Under the pieces are notes generated by a model. That model was not told the DNA's origin. It ran no database searches and saw only the letters and a list, made by a program, of their open reading frames with translations. Position numbers and translations under genes: made by a program. This document shows, in pieces, positions 1-11,782 of a DNA stretch of 44,420 bases (its first letter is position 1; each line of letters begins with the position of its first letter). The stretch is taken from contig NC_068997.1 of assembly GCF_001194135.2 (NCBI RefSeq), positions 43,143,811 through 43,188,230 on the forward strand, given 5' to 3'. This stretch comes from Octopus bimaculoides. Lineage: Eukaryota.

Positions 1-32
<32 letters not shown>

Positions 33-62
33 CATACATACATACATACATACATACATACA
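1..62. repeat. (TA)n-(TACA)n compound microsatellite
   Basis: Direct reading; continues off the window start. Confidence 0.95.
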
Positions 63-592
63 AACAACTGCAATAATAATGATAGTAACAACAACAACAA
101 CCAAAATGATATTACCTTTATTTTTTAATTCGATTTGTGTTTTTGTTTTAAATTCATTTATTCATTCGAACAAAGAAACAAATCAACGAATTAGCATCAA
201 CTTCAATGGTTTGAAGCGACAATATATGATTTTGGTTCAAAAGTCTTATAAACAGAAATGACTAAACTTCTCAGGGTTGCATTTTATATCAAGAGTATAT
301 AGTTAAGTGTGAGCTAACATATAATGTAGTGAGCCAAAAACAAATTTCGATCTGGTCAAGCAGCTGCTCAGTGTTGATAAAGAGCAATAACCCAGAAACT
401 AGTCTACAGATTTTGTTTTACGCTAGGTGGGAATGCTGAACTCCTTGTTCGAAAATATAAGGACACATATTGTGTCGTATAGCCAGCTAGAAACGATGTT
501 TCTTGGGGCTAAAACAATATATATAAAACAATATATATAGAAGATATATATAAAAACAATATATATAAAAAGTAACATCGTCCCTTCCAGGA

Positions 593-634
593 CAGCCACA
601 TTATGTGGCTGTGTGGTAAATAGCTTACCACACA
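593..634. other. SINE-B head fragment flanked by inverted copies of itself
   Basis: CAGCCACAT-T-ATGTGGCTG (593-611) overlaps TGTGTGGTAA-ATAGC-TTACCACACA (610-634). The core GTGGCTGTGTGGTAA equals the family B head at 3462 and, reversed, at 40948-40962. Confidence 0.75.
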
Positions 635-700
635 AAAGTATTCGTCTCTGTATTGTACGTTTGTGCGTGAGTGTTCGTGTGTGTGTCTGTGTGTGTGTAG

Positions 701-725
701 CTAGATAGATAGATAGATAAATAGA

Positions 726-761
<36 letters not shown>

Positions 762-806
762 TAGATAGATAGATACATACATACATACATACATACATAC
801 ATACAT
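701..806. repeat. (GATA)n-(GACA)n-(CATA)n compound microsatellite
   Basis: Direct reading. Confidence 0.95.
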
Positions 807-1611
807 AGTTTAACAGAATGTTTAATAATAATTTAGAGTTTTTTCTAATCATTTGAAGGTTACTTCATAATATTTTTCTCCTTTTTTATTGAAAATATTT
901 CCAATATATGTTGCTAGTGGTAACTAAATTTGAAATTATCAAGGTTTTAAAAACAATTAACTGTTAGATCATTTCAACGGACTGTCGAGCTGAATTATTA
1001 AATATAATAATCATACTCTTTTATAAATATAACACAATCGTACTACATATTTACCTGTTCCTTTCTGTTATAAATCGTTAGAAAATTGTACTTCAAATAC
1101 AGTCATTTTGATTGATAATGCAGATGTTTACTCCAATGTAGGACATATTATTTGAATAACAGCCGGATATACGCTCAAGTAGTGTAGCTGGGAGTTATGA
1201 TATATAAATTACACTGCTTTTATTCTTGTTTGTATCAAACACAAATGGTGATGCATTAGAGCTTAAGAATATTATTACATCTAGTTGTGAAACATTTATA
1301 GTTAATGACACTCGATCAGTAATATGTAAATTTAAACCTATTTCATCAGATCGAGGTAATTTAACGATTGTTGAAATAAATACAGTATTTATCAGAGATA
1401 CATCTATTACCTCAATATATTGTGTAATCTCCTTCTATATACTTGTATGTTTTCTCGCTTTCTCCTGTTTGGGAAAGATTCATTTAGACTATTTTCAAAT
1501 ATTTTTCATAAACATTTATGATGTTTAAAGATAGTGAGGTTTCTTTAAAAACTAATCTGTTCTTCAGATCGTTGAAAGAGAAGATGCTGAGACTAGTTAC
1601 TATTAACACTC

Positions 1612-1813
1612 GTTTCTAAATTTGGCACAAGGCCAGCAATTTTGAGAAGTTGGGGGTAAATCGATTACAACAACCCGAGTACGCAACTGGTACTCATTTT
1701 ATCAACTCAAAAGGGAGCTCTTGACTGAATTTGAACTCAGAACGTAAAGAGCAAAAAAAAAATGCCGCTAAGCGTTTTATCAGGCACATTAACCATTTTG
1801 CCAATTCGCCGTC
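1612..1813 (-). mobile_element. SINE family A (tRNA-derived), near full length
   Basis: Reverse complement matches the copies at 13536 and 28918 (head GGCGGYGAGYTGGCAGAA, B-box-like GAGTTCAAATTC, tail TTGTGCCAAATTTAGAAAC). Confidence 0.85.
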
Positions 1814-2263
1814 TTAATTACCACTAATGCTGTCACCTTAAGAAGAAACAATACACATTTGTAGAATATCTCTTCCTCTTTCTTTTTTTGTATTGTAAAT
1901 GGGCCCCAAATATAATTCTTAATATGGTATTATAGCAGACAAATATTTTTCTGCTCAAGGTTGTTTTATTGAGTTCTTTAAAAAAGTTTTCTTTACTGCA
2001 GTGTTTAGATTATATGTTCTTTTGTTATTTTTAAATATAGCCTGCCCAAATATGATGGATAAAATCTATTGATTTAAACATTTTAACCGCTGATGACTTC
2101 GTGATTACACAGATAAACGATGTTCTAAGTATAAGGTCGAAACATAAATATGTAAATACCCAACATTTAAAATGTGTAATCCTTTATTAAAATGTGATCT
2201 TCTTAGTCTTTTGGTAAACATATCACATATGTGTGTGTGTGCGTATGTGAGTGTGTGTACGCG

Positions 2264-2300
<37 letters not shown>

Positions 2301-2553
2301 ATAAATTTAAGTCACAATAATCGGGTGGTACTCACAAAAAAGAGCTCCTAAATGTATCATTCTGTAAAGCACATGGAATATACTGCACGGTACACGAGAA
2401 AAGCATAAGAACTGTATAAAATTATAAATAACGAGAAAAATAATTTCAAGATTGTATATATGTTAATGCAGACATGTAAGCTATTTTCTTATTATAAAAT
2501 ATAATAAAACAAACTATCTTTACATGTTTCATTAAGTTGCGAAACAATTGTAT

Positions 2554-3290
2554 NNNNNNNNNNNNNNNNNNNNNNNNNNNNNNNNNNNNNNNNNNNNNNN
2601 NNNNNNNNNNNNNNNNNNNNNNNNNNNNNNNNNNNNNNNNNNNNNNNNNNNNNNNNNNNNNNNNNNNNNNNNNNNNNNNNNNNNNNNNNNNNNNNNNNNN
2701 NNNNNNNNNNNNNNNNNNNNNNNNNNNNNNNNNNNNNNNNNNNNNNNNNNNNNNNNNNNNNNNNNNNNNNNNNNNNNNNNNNNNNNNNNNNNNNNNNNNN
2801 NNNNNNNNNNNNNNNNNNNNNNNNNNNNNNNNNNNNNNNNNNNNNNNNNNNNNNNNNNNNNNNNNNNNNNNNNNNNNNNNNNNNNNNNNNNNNNNNNNNN
2901 NNNNNNNNNNNNNNNNNNNNNNNNNNNNNNNNNNNNNNNNNNNNNNNNNNNNNNNNNNNNNNNNNNNNNNNNNNNNNNNNNNNNNNNNNNNNNNNNNNNN
3001 NNNNNNNNNNNNNNNNNNNNNNNNNNNNNNNNNNNNNNNNNNNNNNNNNNNNNNNNNNNNNNNNNNNNNNNNNNNNNNNNNNNNNNNNNNNNNNNNNNNN
3101 NNNNNNNNNNNNNNNNNNNNNNNNNNNNNNNNNNNNNNNNNNNNNNNNNNNNNNNNNNNNNNNNNNNNNNNNNNNNNNNNNNNNNNNNNNNNNNNNNNNN
3201 NNNNNNNNNNNNNNNNNNNNNNNNNNNNNNNNNNNNNNNNNNNNNNNNNNNNNNNNNNNNNNNNNNNNNNNNNNNNNNNNNNNNNNNNNN
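2554..3290. other. Assembly gap. Other N runs: 6504-6606, 7213-7222, 8062-8333, 10550-11197, 14991-15103, 18145-18257, 19116-19429, 23196-23630, 26190-26676, 29290-29299, 32050-32219, 34500-34894, 43825-43834
   Basis: N characters; most gaps abut (TA)n, (TG)n or (CT)n arrays. Confidence 1.
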
Positions 3291-3457
3291 AAACAGAAAT
3301 ATAGGGAGAGTGAAAGTGGGAGAGAGAAAGATGAGAAAGGGACTCTGTGTGTGTGTGCGCGCGCGCGCATATCTAGGCGTGAAATCAGCATTGTTCCAAA
3401 TTTGCTAGACAACCACAACAGAAAAAGAATGAAAGAAAGAAAACAAAAAAAAAACAA

Positions 3458-3603
3458 AGGAGTGGCTGTGTGGTATGTAGTTTGCTTACGAACCACTTGG
3501 TTCCGGGTTCAGTCCCACTGCGTAGCACCTTGGACAAGTAAATGTCTTCTACTATAGCTTCGGGCCAACCAAAGCCTTGTAAGTGGATTTGGTAGAAATG
3601 AAA
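3458..3603 (+). mobile_element. SINE family B, 5' portion
   Basis: GTGGCTGTGTGGTA head, B-box-like GGGTTCAGTCCC, and GTCTTCTACTATAGC...CCAAAGCCTTGT...GGATTTGGTAG as in the other B copies. Confidence 0.85.
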
Positions 3604-4029
3604 CAAAACAAAGAAAAGATGAAGTTAAGAAGGAAGGAAGGAAGGAGGAAGGACGGAAAAGAAAAGGAAAATTGAGCATACAAAGTACAACACAAAAACA
3701 AGCATTGCATGAAAGAAGAAACAATATTAAATCTGACACTTTCTTTATAAGAACATCCTGATGAATATTTGATGTTTGTGTGTTTTGATAATGGGAGTAA
3801 ATAGATTAATCGTGTGATCGTTCGGCAGCTAGTGAAAATAGTTCGGGGAGCGCTATGATACAATTTGTTCCGCTAGAAGTAATTAGTTATTTTCGCTTTG
3901 TCTTTGTTTTTGTTGAGTTTTGTTGCCGTTTTTGTGGATGATGATGATGATGATGGTGATGATGACAATGTTTCATGTCGGTTTCGTTTGGGAAACTTTA
4001 ATATATTAGATTAATTGCGTAGCTTTAAG

Positions 4030-4102
4030 TCTTGTGTTCAAATACCGTTAAGATCTATTTTGCTTCCCAATCCTCCGAGATTGATAAAATGACCTACCAG
4101 TC
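4030..4102 (+). mobile_element. Decayed SINE-A internal fragment
   Basis: GTTCAAATACCG...TTTTGCTTCCCAATCCTCCGAGATTGATAAAAT..TACCAGT parallels family A. Confidence 0.5.
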
Positions 4103-4230
4103 AAATCTTAAGTAAAATTTGCGAAACGCCTTCTTCTTTTATTGAACTCTATCATTTCAGAATTTTCGCTGAATAACTGCATCTATAATTCTGGTTTCAA
4201 CTCTATTGCCAGTGCCTTCTTGTGTTTCAG

Positions 4231-4270
4231 GACGGGACAATTTAACTGGCTAGTCGGGGAAAGTTATCTT
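4231..4270 (+). CDS. Candidate penultimate coding exon of a TPR-like protein (xTGQFNWLVGESYL)
   Basis: Acceptor CCTTCTTGTGTTTCAG (AG 4229-4230) and donor GTGAGC at 4271. One frame is open, ending in phase 0 and compatible with 4479. An alternative acceptor at 4160 keeps the same frame. Confidence 0.4.
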
Positions 4271-4478
4271 GTGAGCGATTAATACCCAGTGCTCAAGTAG
4301 TTGCTTATTTTTTTCTATCCGATTAATGCTGCATCAGGAATCAGAGTTTTACACTGAATCTATAGCGATGTGCGTTTCATGACAGTATTAACTTACATTT
4401 CACAAAAATTGCCATATATTTTTTTACAAATTCTGTCATATTCAGTAAAGATTGTCTGTGTCTGGATTGTATCCACAG

Positions 4479-4538
4479 GTGCTGGGTGAACAACAGCGAG
4501 CGATGAGTGTTCTACAGGAAGTGCTGGACGTGCTATAA
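4479..4538 (+). CDS. Candidate terminal coding exon (VLGEQQRAMSVLQEVLDVL-stop)
   Basis: Acceptor TTGTATCCACAG, GC content above background, single open frame, AATAAA at 4664-4669. Joined to 4231-4270 it forms a TPR-consensus motif. Confidence 0.45.
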   Translation: MLGEQQRAMSVLQEVLDVL

Positions 4539-4575
4539 CAGGGAATATAGCCAGTTTAATGCACAAAATTTTTAC

Positions 4576-4609
4576 AAAATCTTATATGGAACCCTGTTGA
4601 GAACTACTG
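4576..4609 (-). mobile_element. Possible hAT (Charlie-type) MITE terminus
   Basis: Minus strand starts CAGTAGTTCTCAAC, like the Charlie/MER5-type CAGTGGTTCTCAA end. The flank ATCTACAC resembles the NTCTAGAN target preference. The other end was not found. Confidence 0.35.
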
Positions 4610-5084
4610 ATCTACACCTAGAGACAGAGGATCTTGAGCAGAGGGTAGATTGTTTATACAGGCAATAAACGGTTAGCTCCGATGATGGGCGGTCTACACC
4701 TGGCGTTACATGTTCGAGAACAGCAAGTGACAGATATGTACAGTACAGCGTGGACCCTCTACGTCGAGTTATAGGTTAAAAAGAGGTGGTGTGCGGTCTC
4801 TAGCTGGTTCACTTTGTTTTTTACACAATACATTGTTTTAATTGCTTAGTCAAGTGAAAGAGAAGTGCTTTTGATCATTTCCACAGCTTCCAAGATTGAT
4901 AGGAAAGTGAGAGGAAGGTATCTCCAAACTCCAAAACTGGTAGAAGGTATCCACAACTGGAAACCTAACTCGAATGTTTTGCAGCAGAGTAGACTTCGTT
5001 AAAGTAACTCAATAATAAACGGTGGTGTTAAAGTAGACAACAGGTTAAGTCTACAAACTCCTTGAAGGCTACGAATTGAGATTT

Positions 5085-5215
5085 GGATTGAGAACGCAAA
5101 GAGACAGAGCAAATACCGTAAGGTAAGCTCTAACGATTCCATCAACCTAAAGTTCCCAGGTTGGTACTTTATTTATTGACCCTGAATGGTTAAAAGGTAA
5201 AACTGACCTTGGTGT
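5085..5215 (-). mobile_element. Two decayed SINE-A fragments
   Basis: GAGAACGCAAAG..AAATACCG..CTAACGATTC (head, reversed) followed by GGTACTTTTATTTATTGACCC..AAAGGTAAAACTGACCT (body, reversed). Confidence 0.5.
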
Positions 5216-5963
5216 AGTTAACAACCGTTTTGTTAAGATGCCAGTCCGCAGTGTCTCGAGTGAAGATTTTTAACCTGTAACAGTTACAAGACTCATGGCA
5301 GGACGTCTGTGTTGTCAATCGACCTCCTAAACATGACGGCCAAATCTCCCTTAAAAGATATCCCATCATTTTAAACATGGTAAAGACAAATTAGGTGATT
5401 TTCAGACCCTAAAAACACGGTAGTGTCCCGGCAGGAACGCCTTTCATGACACGCCTCAACTGCTCGATGAAGTTAAGCCTTTGTTAAACGACAATGACAC
5501 CGCCGCCGACGAAGACGACGACGACCAGAGCAACTAGCAGTTAATACATACCCTATAAATATACAATTTTGTAATCTATTTAGTGTTCGGTGATCCTGTT
5601 GTGCTGAACACTTGCAGGTAACTCATTATGTGGACCATTCCACGATTACAGAAAGAGGATTGTAGCTTATAAACCGTTAACTCATTTCGCCTCGTTCTAA
5701 GAGATTCTCGCCACTCTGATTGATATATGAAGTGGCTATGTGGGAATATATTCTCTTCTCTGCTGATGATCGGGAGCACCGCGTGAAACATTTATTAACA
5801 TATATTGTTTCTGCATGCATAACTATTCGAATATTCAAATAGTTCCATTATTTACAATACTGTTTTGTATCCGTTCATATATAAATATATATACACGTGT
5901 GTGCACACTCGCATGTATGCTTCTATCTATGTATGTCTATACACACACACATATGTACATGTG

Positions 5964-6141
<178 letters not shown>

Positions 6142-6364
6142 ATATATACACACACACGCATATAATTATGCAGAACTAGCACTTACTGAACAATCTGAAA
6201 CTTATTCTAGCTATTGCCTACATCACAGTACTGCGAAGCTAATATTGTAGGTGTACCTCATTGAGCTTGTTTGTGGATATATGTACATGTTTGCAGATAT
6301 ATCACACATACACACAGACGCGCGCGCGCACACACACAGATAAATAGATAAATATATACATACA

Positions 6365-6402
<38 letters not shown>

Positions 6403-7065
6403 TAGATAGATAGATAGATAGACAGATAGATAGATAGATAGATAGATTAATATACATACATACTTACATACATATCTATTTACAAACATGAAAGTATTTA
6501 TATNNNNNNNNNNNNNNNNNNNNNNNNNNNNNNNNNNNNNNNNNNNNNNNNNNNNNNNNNNNNNNNNNNNNNNNNNNNNNNNNNNNNNNNNNNNNNNNNN
6601 NNNNNNTATATATATATCGAAGAAATATACTATACCTTTGTTGTATCTAGTAGCGCTAATTACTGATGCATGTAATTACGAGAAGTGAAAATATGCGAAA
6701 TAAAATATTAAATTAATAAACAAACAGACAAACAAACAAATAAATAGGCAAACAAACAAACAAACAAACAAACAAACACAGATTGATATTCATTAAATGC
6801 TAACTTCAAGAAAACAGTGCAAAAGTAATTCCGAAGAGTTATGATAGAATTTGTGAGAACGGTGTAATTAGGATTATTAATAAGAATAAGCGATAGAAAG
6901 GGAGGGAAACCAGGGATGGGGATGGTGGTGGTAGTGGTGGTGGTGGTGGTGGTGGGAACATGCAGTTGTATGAAATAATTCATAGGAGGTGAGTAGCTGA
7001 GACATTAATGACTTCTCATTACAGTTAATTACTTTCGGGGATGGCGAATAAGTGCCACTAGCAAG

Positions 7066-7132
7066 CACTACTACTACTACTACCACCACCACCACTACTA
7101 CTATTACTACTACTACTACTACTACTACCGCC

Positions 7133-7203
<71 letters not shown>

Positions 7204-7278
7204 AGCTCTAGTNNNNNNNNNNCCCCCACCACCACAACCACCACAACCACATCCACCACCATCACCACCGCCACCACC

Positions 7279-7328
<50 letters not shown>

Positions 7329-7329
7329 A
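7066..7329. repeat. (ACT)n/(ACC)n trinucleotide array spanning a 10-N gap
   Basis: Direct reading; the end CTACTACAGCTCTAGT occurs on both sides of the gap. Confidence 0.95.
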
Positions 7330-7433
7330 GCTCTAGTGTCTTTAAAAGTGAGGGATACATTGAATAATGTAGTCCCAGATCAGCAATGCCCTATAGATGA
7401 ACGAGTTAGACATGGCTGAAATGTCTTAAATTA

Positions 7434-7970
7434 TACGAGGTGGTATCAAAAAGTTTCCGGACTAGTTCTGTAGCACGCCAACAGATGGCAGCATACGGTT
7501 GCGTGCACAGTGAGAGCTAACAGTGACCTTCATGAGACAGTGTGTCGAGTAACATTGCTGTGTTTACTATGTAAGTTGTGAAATTTGCAATTTTGTGATC
7601 ACATGTATGCTGCAGTCTGCGATTTTGTCATAGACAGGAACAAAGAACCAACATGAAATTTTGCATTAAACTTGGGAAATCTGCTACAGAGACATTGAGT
7701 ATGCTTCGGTAAGCTTACGGTGACGAGGTAATGGGTCGTACGCAATGATTCGAGTGGCACAGGCGCTTCAAAAGCGGGAGAACGATGGGCGATCTGGGAG
7801 ACTTCCCATGAGCGTCACCCCCCGGAAATGTGGTATTGTGCATCGAGAATTCGTCCCCTGCCCCCCGGGGCCAGATCATCAATCGAGAGTTCTGCTACGA
7901 AGTTTTGAAGCGTCTGAGGAAGGAGATCAGAGTTGGATTCTTCACGATGACAATGCACCCTGTCACCGGG

Positions 7971-7988
<18 letters not shown>
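7434..7988 (+). mobile_element. Internally deleted mariner transposon (5' TIR plus transposase remnants)
   Basis: TA followed by CGAGGTGGTATCAAAAAGTTTCCGGACT (mariner-type TIR). From 7638: [47 protein letters not shown] (HTH), then GIVHREFVP, GQIINREFCYEVLKRLR and WILHDDNAPCHRALL (second catalytic Asp). Stops at 7710 and 7746; no WVPHEL/DETW segment visible. Confidence 0.92.
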
Positions 7989-8707
<719 letters not shown>

Positions 8708-8848
8708 CTCATCAAACCTACTGATATATTTTCAAATTCTGATGGTAGTTCGAAACTAGAGGTTGTTGACTCTATAGCAGCTTCGTTGTGGTTTAATAGC
8801 CCTTGCAACTTTGAGCTAATCGTTCTAGAAAATACACCATATTTATCT

Positions 8849-9134
8849 TGGTTGTGTCATTCAGGAGTCAAAAAGTTGGCTATTTTTTTGTATTTAATTT
8901 AGCATTGTTATGCTTTATTTATTACTAATAAAAGGTTGTAACACTAAAATTTCCGTATCGTGTTCAAAATAAAATGTCTTCCACATTCCTAGTTCCAGTC
9001 TACGTAAGAAGTTTAATGTGGATATAACAATCTCGAAGTGATGATAATTATAACGCCATGTCTGTATGAATATTTATCAGCATGTGTTGCCAATTGCTTG
9101 GGAACAAACAAAAGCTGGTAAATTAAATTCAGTG
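8849..9134 (+). repeat. Copy 1 of a local ~285-bp duplication (blocks A+B)
   Basis: 8901-9134 aligns to 9861-10091 (about 80% over the core, by eye); 8849-8905 aligns to 10090-10145 (45/57). Confidence 0.9.
9045..9098 (+). ncRNA. Candidate pre-miRNA-like hairpin, copy 1
   Basis: 5' arm TAATTATAACGCCATGTCTGTAT pairs with 3' arm TCAGCATGTGTTGCCAATTGCT; 9-nt loop; manual fold only. Confidence 0.3.
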
Positions 9135-9860
9135 TACTTTTAATGAGATGATTCAAACTTTTTCTCATTTAAATCCTCATCTTGAAGCAATGATCACTGA
9201 TATGCAAGGAGAAAAGCTTCTTTTTTTTAATCTCAACTGATTAAAAAACTGCATAATGTTAGATTAGTTTGGCTGATAACTGTAGGATAAATAAAAAAAA
9301 AACGACCTTTCTTTAGTCGATAGAGTTTAGCTGGGTCTTAACAACAGCTGCTCTACTTTCAACATTGCATGGAGTTTATTGTGAAGGGAATCAATGACAT
9401 AATTACCTATCAGAATGATATACCAATCTTTGCAGCAGCCTGGAATTCTATTCTTGTCAGAGTGAAAGGAGTCAATATATATAAAGGTATTCAAACGAAT
9501 GTTTTAATAATGCATCCAACATAGATTTCCGAAAAATAGATATTTCAAATCAAGGAATCAAACTATGACAAGAACTAATAGAGAAGATCCAAAGGAAATT
9601 AAAAAAAGTATTCAGAATCGATAAACTATTGTCACCGGTTTATAGCAGTATCTGAAAACAGCTGTTGAGCCTCTCTTTACTCTCGGAGATCGCATCAAGA
9701 ACAAGTCGTCTTATACAATACCCTATTCCCACATTCTTTGCCGAGAGTAAAACAATTCTAGCTATTGATGTTCCTAAATTTGCTGTAGCAGAAATATTAA
9801 GGTTTTAAAAATGGTAAATACATAGCATATGTTCGTCATACACATACTGAGGAACCATGA

Positions 9861-10163
9861 AGCATTGTTATAACTTGCAAAAGGAAACTTTATCACTAAG
9901 AAATTTCCGTATCGAGTACAGTTCAAAATAAAATTTGTTCCTCGTTCTTAGTTCCAGTTTAGGTAAGCAGTTAATGTGGACATAGTAATCTTCAAGTCAT
10001 GCTAATTATAACGCCATGTCTGTATAAATTTTGTCAGCATGTGTCGCCAATTGTTTGGGAACAAAACAAAGCTGTTAGATTAAATTCAGTGGTTGTATTA
10101 TTCAGGATACACACAGTTGATTACTGTTTGTATTTATTTTAGCATATTTAGGCTTTTAGTATT
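9861..10163 (+). repeat. Copy 2 of the duplication, permuted order (B then A)
   Basis: See copy 1; the B-to-A junction is at the shared TG 10090-10091. Confidence 0.85.
10003..10055 (+). ncRNA. Candidate pre-miRNA-like hairpin, copy 2
   Basis: 5' arm identical to copy 1 (23/23); 3' arm 20/22; 8-nt loop. Confidence 0.3.
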
Positions 10164-10511
10164 GTCTTTTCGATCAAACACATAGTTTTCTGTGGTATTT
10201 TGTATAAGATAAATATGTTGTTTACTAAATGTTTTCCTAATGCTTTCCATGTTTTCATACACAGATAACTGGTTGACAGATCTGATGGAAGAACTTCTTT
10301 CCAGCAGATTTGTGTTAACTTGCTTTTAAAACAAAATTACATCATTAATATTTTGATTTAAGAAAATGATTTTTTTATATATTGTGAGTGTATCGAGAAA
10401 TTTTTCTTAAAATTATATATACATATACATACATACATGTCTGGCTGTCTATCTATATTCTTTCTGTCTGTTTGTCTGTCTGTCTGTCTCTCTCTCTCTG
10501 TACACACACAC

Positions 10512-10549
<38 letters not shown>

Positions 10550-11210
10550 NNNNNNNNNNNNNNNNNNNNNNNNNNNNNNNNNNNNNNNNNNNNNNNNNNN
10601 NNNNNNNNNNNNNNNNNNNNNNNNNNNNNNNNNNNNNNNNNNNNNNNNNNNNNNNNNNNNNNNNNNNNNNNNNNNNNNNNNNNNNNNNNNNNNNNNNNNN
10701 NNNNNNNNNNNNNNNNNNNNNNNNNNNNNNNNNNNNNNNNNNNNNNNNNNNNNNNNNNNNNNNNNNNNNNNNNNNNNNNNNNNNNNNNNNNNNNNNNNNN
10801 NNNNNNNNNNNNNNNNNNNNNNNNNNNNNNNNNNNNNNNNNNNNNNNNNNNNNNNNNNNNNNNNNNNNNNNNNNNNNNNNNNNNNNNNNNNNNNNNNNNN
10901 NNNNNNNNNNNNNNNNNNNNNNNNNNNNNNNNNNNNNNNNNNNNNNNNNNNNNNNNNNNNNNNNNNNNNNNNNNNNNNNNNNNNNNNNNNNNNNNNNNNN
11001 NNNNNNNNNNNNNNNNNNNNNNNNNNNNNNNNNNNNNNNNNNNNNNNNNNNNNNNNNNNNNNNNNNNNNNNNNNNNNNNNNNNNNNNNNNNNNNNNNNNN
11101 NNNNNNNNNNNNNNNNNNNNNNNNNNNNNNNNNNNNNNNNNNNNNNNNNNNNNNNNNNNNNNNNNNNNNNNNNNNNNNNNNNNNNNNNNNNNNNNNNTAT
11201 ATATATATAC

Positions 11211-11242
<32 letters not shown>

Positions 11243-11586
11243 AAAGACATATATATATATACATAGGTACATGAATATATATTTACTGACATATGTATAC
11301 ATATATATAGACATGCATACGCTAGTATGTATACATATACGAACATACATTTTCATACGTACATATACACATACATACATACATACATACATACATACAC
11401 ACATACATACATGCATACATACATGCATACAAACATGCATATCTTTGGCTTCCATTTTTAGTAAAAGTGACAATTTCTGTATTATATTCCAGCTCTGATC
11501 ATTTATTAATACCCAGTTCACATTTTCTCATTCTTATTCTGGAATTCAATAAGCAATTTCTTTAAGTATGCAACATCAAAAGCAAA

Positions 11587-11588
<2 letters not shown>

Positions 11589-11669
<81 letters not shown>

Positions 11670-11782
11670 TGTTGTTGTCGTCATCTTCCTTGTCTTTGCA
11701 ACCACCAGTAACACCACCATTTCTGCTAACATCACCACCACTAATACCACGACTACCACTAGCACCGCCACCATCACTTACA
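11589..11782. repeat. (ATC)n-(GTC)n-(GTT)n-(ACC)n compound array
   Basis: Direct reading. Confidence 0.95.

Noticed and set aside
1058-1067. Minus-strand 10-nt microexon (CTAAC branch, AG...GTAAAT)
   Set aside because: Length is not a multiple of 3, there are no partner exons, and such motifs arise by chance.
1226-1528. 100-aa ORF and a possible 6-nt microexon (TCAG-ATCGAG-GTAATT)
   Set aside because: TTG start, background AT composition, no recognisable motif.
5584-5617. Possible 34-nt exon (FGDPVVLNTC)
   Set aside because: Splice signals are plausible but it is too short to support, and it lies after the predicted stop at 4538.
9038-9044. Box C motif (GTGATGA) suggesting a C/D snoRNA
   Set aside because: Not conserved in copy 2 (GTCATGC) and no suitably placed box D.
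9676-9751. 11-bp inverted repeat with a 54-nt loop
   Set aside because: About one such match is expected by chance in a window of this size and composition.
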